Assembly: GCA_043228905.1 (NCBI GenBank)
Contig: JBHGNT010000003.1
Span: 5,084,001-5,148,000 of the forward strand
Reading direction: 5' to 3'
DNA from: Azolla caroliniana
Taxonomy: Eukaryota > Plantae > Polypodiophyta
DNA: 64,000 bases
In this document: piece by piece, positions 1-10,432 of the stretch
Position numbering within the stretch: the first letter of the stretch is position 1
How the letters are laid out: the number at the start of each line of letters is the position of its first letter
Notes under the pieces: generated by a model
Databases searched by the model: none
Told to the model about the DNA's origin: nothing
What the model saw: only the letters and a program-made list of their open reading frames with translations
Program-made: the position numbers and the translations under genes

Positions 1-2165
1 TGCAATTTTTTCATTATATGCAATGTACATAACAAGTAGATTTATATAGTAGCAATGTAGCATGAGAGCTTATTGAAGTGTGTTCATGATTGATTAATAT
101 AGTTTCATTGCAAAAATCCAACTTAGACAATCAATCCTTAGTAAAGAGACATATTTACTAGAGTTTAGTAAATGAAGGAATGATCAATGCTCAGTGAAGA
201 GAATGATTTACAAATCCTCGTCCATACCATTTGTTGAAGCTAGAATGAAGAACAAATGGAAAGATGACCCCTAAGACATCCATGGTGGTTACTCTAGCCA
301 ATGATGGTAAGATGTCTGTTCTATTTACCAACGCATAATCCTAGACAAGGACCTAATTATTGAAAAGATTATAGTTCATGAGTATCATAATACACTTCAT
401 GCAAATGCTTTCTTAGAGATATGTGTTCTTCACATAGTTTATGCTAGACTCTCACTAAGGGAAGACAAATGAGTTAGTTTAAGCTGGACTCACTTAGACA
501 AGAAAGATGAGTCTGTTGATACTACACTTAATGGGGGAAGACAAATGATCTAGACTCGCTAAAGGAAGAAAGGGAGTGCACGCCCGATATCAAATTGATA
601 AGTGAAGTTGGTAGATCCATCTACGATTTTGAGTTGACAATCTCTCTTTTAAAGGAGAAGATGCCCCGAATTAAGGAGATTGATAAACTTTGGTTCAATA
701 TTTCAAAGTAACTCTAGTGGATTAAAAGAGAATATTTTACACTAGTCAAGGATCATGTAGTGGCGGACAATGAAGAAGAGAATGCAACTAATGATTCTTA
801 TTGCCTAGATATGAAAATTACCAATGATAGTGGGATAGCTACACATGAGGATAGTGCATAATGTGTACATATTGAAATATATGAGTATTATTTACTCGAT
901 GTTAGGAGAAAGGCAACTATGGTTTTAATCTCATACCTTTTCGAGATACAAATTTGTGACTTCTATGACATTTATTTAATTTTAGGCAAAAAAGACTTCT
1001 AAAATGTAAATATCAAGGTTTTTTATTATCATTTATAGAAATGCTCTATAGATGCAAAGATATTTTGGAAATAAAGTAAAAAACCTACGTCTTTTATGGA
1101 ATATAAGGTAATATTCCAATTGTGACATTTTATGCGAATCATTACTTGTCATGATCAATGCTCTCTATATAAGTCTCATTAGACATTGATCAAGTAGCAA
1201 CATGCAAAGTGAAGATAATGTAGTAATTCTCTTTAACAAAAGTATTTGGTATTAGACAAAAATATTTGAGTCTAAATGAATTGTGATAGAGAATGAAGGC
1301 CCAAGCTTGAATTCAACCAATTGGCAAAACTTGGCTTGGTGGTTGTAGAAAATGCTATTTCAATGCACATGGATATTATGATTGTGGCTTCTATTGTAGA
1401 GTTTGTGGCATATGAAGTGTGAAAATACTGATTATTTTGATGGTGAACTATTGATTATCGCAACGCATATGAATCATAGAGGATCGTAGAGGTTAATTTA
1501 TGGCAAATGCATTGCTTACATTGCATACTGCCAAATGTATACAATCTTCCATCCATGCAAAAGTGTTTTATTGATGGGCAATGGCATGTAGGTTGCCTTG
1601 AGTAACTGTGTTGAAACATCAAGACATTTTTTATGTGACACATGCTTTTTCTATACACCAAGGCTTTACCCTCCTCGTGGTATAAGTTAGTGTTGAACTT
1701 TGTTAGGTATTGGATCTATCGTACAATGGCGTATGACAAATAGGTTCTTAGCCGATAGCCTCCATGGAGTATAACAACATTGTCTAAGTTGAAAAGAAGA
1801 TTAACTTGGCCATTCTTGTACCTAAGCTACACGGCCACCTCGTCCTTTAGAAGAGTTGTAGCCTTTATGTAAGCCAATGCTACAACGGCTTGTAGGTTTG
1901 CAATGCCATAATATTCTAAATTCTAACTATTTGTAGTAGTGACAACAAGGATACTTTGTAGAGTCAAGATACCATAATATATAAACTACATTCAAGGAAA
2001 AAGTCAGTGCAAGAGAGATATCTATATCACAAGCAATGAAGATGGGGTTAAAACCCCCCCTTCTATATAAACTCCATGTGTATTAAACGTACCTTTAAAT
2101 TCTAAAATTTCTTTAAATACCCGCTATAGATAGTGTGATGCTAGAGATACAATCGGTAATCACGT

Positions 2166-2829
2166 TGTCGCGAAGATGCTCGCGTACATATGCTACTTGA
2201 GCGGGGCCACCGGGGCTACGAACCAGGGAGGACGGTCACGAATTTGTCGAAAAGATTTGACGATGTGGATAGGAGTCGAGGAAACCAATGCCACATTTTG
2301 AAAAGATCGAAAGATTGACAATTATAAGAAGTATAATAATATTGATCGATGGTAAAAGAAGAAGAGAAATAAGAAGTATATTTATAAGAAGAATTGTATA
2401 TTGATGGTGATATCACGTATTGAGCCCCCCCATTACACAAGCCTTACGAGGGTTTTTATAGGTCTATCTATGCACAAAACCATGGGCTTGGACCCATGGT
2501 TTTTGGGCACACGGTTTTTCTTGTGGCATGCACAAAACCATGGGCTTGGAACATGGTTTTGTGCACACGGTTTTGTACGGTAGTTTTCCTATGCCTTTTG
2601 AATATGAAAAGAAATACATAATATTTAAAGTATTTGGTAGTAGCCCTAATGGTAAGATAAATGCCTTCTATCTTGGAGATGCAAGGTTCAAATCTTGCTT
2701 GCACCCCTTTATATGCACTCGAATGCCACTAGGCCCTAGGATAACTTTTATATTTATAATCGTTTGTGTAATGTGCGTGGAATTACACTATTTCACAATT
2801 TCTCCCATTGGACACGCAACATCACGACA
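2166..2829 (-). mobile_element. 3' LTR of a tRNA-Trp-group Ty3/gypsy element (TGTCG...CGACA ends)
   Basis: Starts tgtcgcgaag (preceded by ACGT) and ends atcacgaca. It is followed by tccacccccacc, the complement of the same PPT seen at 21558 and 23290. It carries the family U5 motif gcggggccaccgggg and a minus-strand TATA at about 2455. Confidence 0.75.
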
Positions 2830-4320
2830 TCCACCCCCACCACACCGCACATCCTTCGGCATGTGCCAAGAAGAAAAGAGTGATGTGGTGGACTCAAAGG
2901 TGGTTGGCCTTTGATTTCTTTCTTTTTTACGCCTCGCTTGCATCAGCCTTTGTCCTCCATTTTGAGCACATGCATTCCTTCCACCCGAACCATCGTTGCC
3001 ATCCGATCAACCATATCATTCACTTGCCCTTCGCATTGCCATGACCACTTGGCATAACCCTTTTTGCTCCACCTGAGCGTAACCCTTCATGCATCATACA
3101 CGTGTTGCCTTCATCCCGACCATCTCCTTAGTCATCAAACTTCCTCTGATCGGCCTTTCTTGTCTCATGCTTGCCTTCCCTCATGCTCACTAGCCTCAAC
3201 CGGGTGTCGCGGTTCGTCTTCTTCAACCTATGGCTAGGTCGGCTCAACTTCTGTTTGGATCGGTCTTGACCATTCAACTTCTCACTTGGTCAGCCTTCGT
3301 CTGGATTTGCATTCGGCCAAATCTGACTCAAACGAACGGCTTCCGTCCGGGTCGGCTTCCATCTGGGTTTCGGTTGGGTCGGGTCCGGTTGATCACTTCC
3401 TGTCCGGGTTGGCTTCCGTTCGGGTCGGAATACCAACCGTGTCATCTTCCATTTGGGTTGTCTTCCGGTTCTTCCTTTCTTAATGCTCTCTGGCTCTTCA
3501 TCGAACTCTATTGTAGCTTTATTCTTGGCCTCCTTGTTGGCCACCGTTCCTCCGTATACGCTGGCTTCGACCCTCATCTCCTCGCCACCACTTCTGTCTC
3601 TCCGGTCTTATGTTGGCTCTCGGATACAACTGTTGGAGTCTCTAGAACCAGTGTGGAGGGATCCCTTCATCTGTGGTCATTCACCTCGTTGTCCTCATCT
3701 CCGTTTCGGTCCTTCAATTTCCTTTCACCACCTTCCATCTCTCCGGTCTCATGTTGGCAATCGGGTACAACTACCGAAGTCTCAGGAATAATTGTGGGGA
3801 GAACCTCGGCACCATTTGTCACCGTCTTCTCATCCATATCCATCTTTCGCTCAACGTTGTTATTCGCATTGTCTTCAATATTTGCTTCCCCACCACTTTC
3901 CGTCTCTTGGGTCTCATGTTGGCTCTTAGACACAATTGCCCAAGTCTCTAGATCAAGTGTTGGGAAATTCTCGACACGATCATTCGTCGTGGACTCTTCC
4001 ATAGCCATCTGCGACTCGATGTCGCTCCTCGTGGCTACCACCTCAATCACGTCGACCTCGCACTCTTTACATCCCTCGATCACGCAAACTTTGCTCATGC
4101 TTGCACCTTCATCACTCGATGTTTCAGACACGATGCATGTTCCGAAACATTTGTCCTCGGTTGAAGTGGCGTTCGAAGTCCTCGATTCATTGGTTTCATT
4201 CCTCGTTGTTGTTTCTTTGCAAGACGAGAAGGTGTCTTGTTCCACACCTTCTCTCGTGGTACCATCGTGGTACTGAACTTGGGCATTCATCTTGGCCACT
4301 TCATTAACCCGCATTCGTCG
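2830..4320 (-). mobile_element. Non-gag/pol internal region with an acidic low-complexity ORF (4314..3667)
   Basis: Lies directly inside the PPT. The E/D/T-rich ORF has a repeated ETxxVVxxxQHET module whose DNA resembles 24075-24130 and 24325-24378. Confidence 0.55.
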
Positions 4321-4329
4321 GGAGGTCTC

Positions 4330-5175
4330 TTCTTCTCATACATAGCCCGTTTTTCTTCTCCAACCACTCTTTTATAGATGCCCCCATGCATATGATGCAT
4401 GTGAGGGTGCAAGACATGCATGTAATGCATAAAATGCATGAGATGTATGTTTGCCATTTGGCGCTCATGCATTACATGTGTTGCATGATAACCATGTCAC
4501 TCATTCAAGCTCTCATGTATGAGAATTTACATGTAAAAGTATAATGATAAAATATAACTTTAAAAAATGACTCAGTTTTTTTTTCGTTTCACACTGAAAA
4601 TCTTCAAGACACCGTGCTTCACGATCAACCCGGCCCCAGTCCCGGTTCCATCACCGTCCGATCCAGGTTCCGGATCCGTCCAAAACATTATTTGAATAAC
4701 TTGGCCGTATCCATTTGTCCAAGTTATACAACCCAACCTTTTTGTGCTCCAAGCACATAGATAAAATATAAAGAGATATGGCTCTACTTATATACTCTTG
4801 AATCCTGATATTGTCTTATCTATGTGGGATATCCCAAAGTTTTGTTTTCCTCTTCTTCTTCTCAAACTTCACACTCACATAACTTGACACTAAGTTGTCC
4901 GTTTCACATGTAGTAAAATGCATTCAAAAGCTCTTGAAGACATCTATCTTTTCGTACCAAGATATTAAACTAATATAAAATAATATCTTCACTATTATTG
5001 TTTCATATTGTGTGTGAAGAACCACACTCGATTTTGTACATTCAATTTTCACATGTAGTAAAATGCATTCGAAAGCTCTTGAAAACATCTATCTTTTCGT
5101 ACCAAGATATTAAACTAATATAAAATAATATCTTCACTATTATTGTTTCATATTGTGTGTGAAGAACCACACTCG
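4330..5175 (-). mobile_element. Partial LTR homologous (inverted) to the solo LTR at 55431-56616
   Basis: 4370-4550 matches the reverse complement of 56165-56330, and 4800-5030 matches that of 55480-55680. It includes a ~146-bp tandem duplication (about 4902 and 5047) and joins directly to the chromovirus gag. Confidence 0.7.
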
Positions 5176-6206
5176 CAACAACAACATGGGGAGTTAGCAT
5201 TACGGGTACAACAACTCGAAGCAGCGTTACAACAACAAGGTTCAAATCCCCAAGGATTTCATAAAGAACCCAAGATTGGACTTCCTGTGAAATTTGATGG
5301 AACGCGATCGCAATTCCGGGAATTCCTTAATCAAGTACGCTTAGTCACCCAGATGCATCCTTCCCGATATCCCACTGATGCATCTCGAGTCGGCCTAATA
5401 GGCACGTTACTTAGCGGCTCAGCCTTGGCATGGTTCGCTCCGCTTCTAGAAAAACAATCACCCTTGCTTAATAACTTTGAAGATTTTATTGGTGAGTTTA
5501 AAGCCTGCTTTGGAGATACCAACAGCATCAGGACGGCTATCAACAAGATTCGAAGATTGCGTCAAGGCGATCGTCCAGCCTCTGCCTACGCGGCGGATTT
5601 CCGTCTACTTGCCTCAGATATTCCCTGGTATGATCAGGCCCTCATGGAGCAGTTTCGCTACGGCTTGCGCAATGATGTCAAAGATGTGCTTTTAACCTTC
5701 CCCGAAGAACCAAAGTCTCTTACAGAGGCAATCAGTCGAGCGGTCCGATGTGACACCGCCTTTTCGAACGACGTTCGGAGCGTAAGTTACAAATACCACG
5801 CTCTCGGCCGGAACCCACATACGCCTCAGTCACGACTAAACCATTTGCATGCGATGTACCTCAAGCCAATATTCCGACACCGATGGAGATCGACACCATG
5901 CGTCGACGCGGCCCGTTATCGGAAGAAGAAAAGCAACGACGACATGCCAATCGATTATGTCTTTATTGTGGTGGACCAGGGCATATCGCCATCAATTGTC
6001 CCCATAGGCCAAGAAGACAGGTAAATCAAATCGTCGCTTGTACTAAACCCAAGTCAATTCTTTCATTCGGAGTGTCTGATAGTATTAATAGTACTAATAG
6101 AGTGTTAGATAGTATTCATAGTACTAATAGCCCAAGTATCTGAAACAAATTTGAAATCCTTAGTCAATTAGATGAAGAGTTAAACGATCGAGTCCAGCCA
6201 AAATAG
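5176..6206 (+). pseudogene. gag: Chromovirus Gag with CCHC zinc knuckle
   Basis: PVKFDG...FLNQVRL, SALAWF and LRQG...YAADF capsid motifs, and CLYCGGPGHIAINC. Frameshift near 5755 and premature TGA at 6141. Confidence 0.88.
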
Positions 6207-6233
6207 GAGCCGTTTGGTTGGACAGCAGTCCTA
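6179..6233 (+). promoter_or_regulatory. Putative -1 ribosomal frameshift signal (slippery heptamer plus stem/pseudoknot)
   Basis: G TTA AAC lies in the gag frame and pol is in the -1 frame. An 11-bp stem (6192-6202/6213-6223) follows after a 6-nt spacer. Loop tagga can pair with tccta at 6229-6233. Confidence 0.7.
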
Positions 6234-9200
6234 GATCTGTACAGCCCATTAGTGGTTCCATTCCTTCCAAGCAAGTTAGCAATGTGTTCCTAGCCCAAGT
6301 TATTGTTAGTACTAAAAGTACTCCCCCAGTACCCGTCCTAGCACTCTTAGATTCCGGAGCTAATTCCTGTTTCATGGATCAAAATTTTGCCCAAACTTCT
6401 CATATATCCCTAAGAAAACTTCCTTGTCCCGCATCTGTAGTAGTCATTGATGGTCGTCCCATTGCTTCCGGGAATATTGTAGAAGAATCAGAACCCATTC
6501 AAGTTGTCCTAGGTAGTTTTGTGTGTGTAATATCATTTAATATAATTAGTAGTCCAGAGCATCCCATTGTCCTAGGATTACCTTGGTTTGAATTACATAA
6601 TCCAACCATAGATTGGAGAACAAGAGAAGTCCGATATTGACCACCCCAAGAATCTACTCACCGAGTTTCGACCATTTCACTCCATCAATTACGCAAAGAA
6701 GGACACAAGGAGGCAATGTTCCTATTTGCAATATCACTACATCCTTCCAACACTATTAAGGACTCCTCAGTACAACTTCCGGCAAAATATCATCCTTATG
6801 CCGATGTATTTGACAAGGTAAAAGCCGATACCCTTCCTCATCACCGTCCCTATGACTGTCCCATCGATTTACAACCAGGAACCGAGCCACCATGGGGACC
6901 AATTTACAACTTGTCACCCACCGAGTTAGAAGTCCTTCGAGCCTACATCGAGGAGAACTTGGCAAGCGGGTTCATCCGTCATTCGAAATCTCCAGCCGGT
7001 GCACCCATCTTCTTTGTCAAGAAGAAAGATGGCTCACTTCGTCTCGTCGTTGATTACCGCGGATTGAATAAGGTCACCATCCGGAATAGGTATGCACTTC
7101 CTCTTATATCAAGTCTTTTAGAGCGAATTAATGGTGCCAAGTTTTTTACCAAAATCGATCTACGAGGAGCGTATAACCTCGTGCGGATCCGACCGGGAGA
7201 TGAATGGAAGACCGCCTTTCGCACGCGGTATGGGCACGCGGTATGCCGTTCGGCCTAACCAATGCACCCGCAGTCTTCCAACACATGGCAAATGATATAT
7301 TCAGAGACCTCTTGGATATCTGTTTGATCATCTATCTTGATGATCTATTGATTTATTCGAAGACCCAGCAAGAGCACGATTCTCATGTACTATTAGTACT
7401 AAAGCGACTCTGCGAGAATGGTCTTTATGCCAAGCTAGAAAAATGTAGCTTTGACTGCAAGCAAGTGGAATTTCTAGGCTACGTCATTTCCTCAAAGGGC
7501 AACGCCATGGATCCAGCTAAAGTCCAAACTGTACTAGAGTGGCAAATTCCACGGTCGGTACGAGATGTACAATGTTTTCTAGGTTTTGCTAACTTCTACC
7601 GTAAGTTTATACAGGATTACTCGAAGATTATCTTACCCCTCACACAACTTACGAAGAAGGGCCAAGCATTTCTTTGGTCCATTGAAGCAGATATGGCTTT
7701 TCGGCTTCTTAAGAAAGCCTTTACATTAGCACTGATTCTAGCTCATGTGGATACTAGCAAACCATTCATCATGGAGGCCGATGCTTCAGATTTCACCCTC
7801 GGTAACATCCTTTCTCAACAAGGAGATAAAGAAGAGTTGCATCCGGTGGCTTTCCATTCGCGCAAATTCGATGTTGCGGAAATCAACTACGAAATACATG
7901 ACAAGGAGTTATTAGCCATCGTGGATTCATTTGTGCAATGGCGGCATTTCTTAGAGGGCTCTCCACATCAGGTCGTTGTCTTTAGTGATCATAAAAATAT
8001 TGCTTATTTCCAGAACGCTCGCGTACTAAATCGACGGCAAGCTCGATGGGCGCAATTCCTCACGCGTTTCGACTTCAAAATCACATATCGACTGGGGAAG
8101 CAACAAGGAAAAGCAGATGCACTATCACAGTGTTCATATCTTGCACCTCGTCCTGGTGATCCAACATTTGATAATCTAAAGCAAGTAATCTTGGGACCAA
8201 CATGATTGGACACGACGCGGATTTTTCACACCCCGATGGATTCACAGATTACCGATGACATACGTGCAAACTTGAAGACGGATTGTTTTGCTCAAGACAT
8301 CCTGGCGCACATTGATACTTCTCGGGCATCCTGTTCTCAGTTTCAACAACCAGGTATTGACTACCGACAATTCGAATATCATGATGGTTTGTTATTCTTT
8401 AAAAAGCGCGTATATGTCCCCGATTGCTCCTATCGCCTTCAAATCGTCCAGCATTGTCACGACACCCATATGGTAGGACATTTTAGTAGTACTAAAACGT
8501 TGGAGCTAGTGCATCGATCTTTTTGGTGACCCCACATGCGTCGTTTTGTCGACGACTACGTTCGGACCTGTGATGCTTGCTACCGAGCAAAGATGCCACG
8601 ACACCATCCATATGGCTTGTTGGAACCCTTACCGATTCCAAGTAAGCCGTGGCAGTCTATTTGTCTTGATTTTATCACAGATCTGCCGGTCTTGCAGGGG
8701 TTTGACGCTATCTTAACCATCATCGATCGATATACAAAGCTAACACATTTTGTTCCGTGTACTAAGGCCATCACTAGCGAGGAAACCGCCGTCCTAGTCA
8801 TGTGTAAGGTATTTCGGCATCATGGCCTCCCAGACAGTATCATCAGTGACCGAGGACCGCAATTTGTCTCCAAAATTTGGCAGCATCTCTTCAAGATGCT
8901 CAAGGTCTCTTGCAACCTCTCCTTCGGCTACCATCCTCAGACCGATGGGCATGCAGAACGAACAAACCAAACGCTGGAGCAATATCTCCAGTGTTTCCTG
9001 AGTTATGAACATGACAATTGGGCCGAGATTCTCCACTTTGCGGAGTTTGCGTATAATAATGTTGTTCACTCCTCGACTCGAGTCTCCCCATTCTACGCTT
9101 ATACCGGTTCTCAGCCTCGCTGGTCGGTGATCGACACCCCGGAGCTACCTACCAATCCTCGTGTCGGGGATCATTTGGAGAGACTACGCAAGATCCAGAT

Positions 9201-9967
9201 AGATCTCTCGACTCATCTTCGTCATGCTCAACAGACACAGAAGACTTACGTGGATCGTCATCGGCTTCCCTCCTCTTTTGCCATCGGAGATCGAGTATGC
9301 TCTTATGTCATCACATCAAGACTACTCGACCATGCGACAAGTTGGATTATCGACGACTCGGTCCTTTCCGTATTACGGGTTGATGTCACATTCTGCCTTG
9401 ATCTCCCTCCACAGCTTCAGATACATCCGGTTTTCCATTGTTCTCTTCTTGAACCTTATAAAGCAAACACCATTCCCGATCGTGTTACACCACCGCCGCC
9501 CCCGCTGGAGTTGGACACCGGCCCGGAGTATGAAGTTGCTGCCATCCTTGACTCCAAACTTATTCGCAACAAACTTTATTATTTGGTCGATTGGGTTGGT
9601 TATAGTCCGAGCGAACGCACTTGGGAACCCGTCCAGCATGTTGGCAATGCTCCGGATCTGCTTGCTGATTTCCACCGAAAATATCCATACAAACCCGGTC
9701 CACAATCATCGTGTTACACCACCGCCGCCCCCGCTAGAGTTGGACGCCGGCCCGGAGTATGAAGTTGCTGCCATCCTCAACTCCAAACTTATTCGCAACA
9801 AACTTTATTATTTGGTCGATTGGGTTGGTTATAGTCCGAGCGAACGCACTTGGGAACCCGTCCAGCATGTTGCCAATGCTCCGGATCTGCTTGCTGATTT
9901 CCACCGAAAATATCCAGACAAACCCGGTCCACAATCAGCGCCGACTCGTTCCACTTGTCGTCTTTAA
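6182..9967 (+). pseudogene. pol: Chromovirus Pol (protease, RT, RNase H, integrase, chromodomain)
   Basis: LLDSGA protease; [18 protein letters not shown] and YLDD RT; DASD, NYEIHDKELLA and DHKN RNase H; H-H-C-C and DF..SDRG..E integrase; EYEV..ILD..YLVDWVGY..TWEP chromodomain. Confidence 0.92.
9479..9937 (+). repeat. 229-bp tandem duplication of the chromodomain-coding segment
   Basis: Near-identical units start at 9479 and 9708. Confidence 0.95.
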
Positions 9968-9978
9968 GGGGGAGATAG

Positions 9979-10432
9979 TGTCATGATATGGCAAGACTCG
10001 AACCCATGACCTTATGATATATGGGTCGAGCTCTTAACCATCACACCATCTATTGTAATTCATAAGATATTATTTTCATTTATGTTTTATTATAAGAAAG
10101 TAATGTATATTCCAGATTTCTCTGGAACATTCTAGAAGTTTCAGGATTACTCCTGACAACACTATAAAAGAAGGCACTAGGCATTATGTTGAACCAAATT
10201 GGTTCAACGCCAGTCTTAAGCCTCTCAGCCGCTTATACTTATCTTTTCACATAATATATTAGCTGCTGTCATCATCTTTCTCTCTCTCTCATCCTCGCTA
10301 TCTCTCTCTCTCTCTCTCTCTCCTCTTCTCACTTCCTCTCTCGGGAATCTTACGCAGTCCCGTCCTCTTAGTACTAATAGTATTTCTCTTCTTAGTACTA
10401 ATTCCATCTCTGCTTTAGTACTATTCCTCACA
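9979..10432 (+). mobile_element. 3' LTR of the chromovirus
   Basis: TG...CA ends, preceded by the PPT, TATA at about 10162, homologous to 52417-52858. Confidence 0.92.
9988..10052 (-). other. tRNA-like A/B-box cassette at the 5' end of the chromovirus LTR (second copy about 52426-52490)
   Basis: TGGTGTGATGG-N33-GGTTCGAGTCT, which is tRNA spacing. Confidence 0.6.

Larger units (their letters stand above)
5176..10432 (+). mobile_element. Ty3/gypsy chromovirus (Tcn1-like), 5'-truncated and degenerate
   Basis: Domain order gag-PR-RT-RH-INT-chromodomain, PPT aagggggagatag at about 9966-9978, and 3' LTR 9979-10432. The 5' LTR is missing. Several stops and frameshifts. Confidence 0.93.

Noticed and set aside
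1650-1900. Helitron/PIF1 helicase remnant (VVALAYIKATTLLK)
   Set aside because: A single weak motif with stops and no Walker A or other support.
3230-4276. 348-aa Ser/Leu-rich plus-strand ORF resembling a membrane or env protein
   Set aside because: It is the antisense shadow of the acidic minus-strand ORF and has no recognisable domain.
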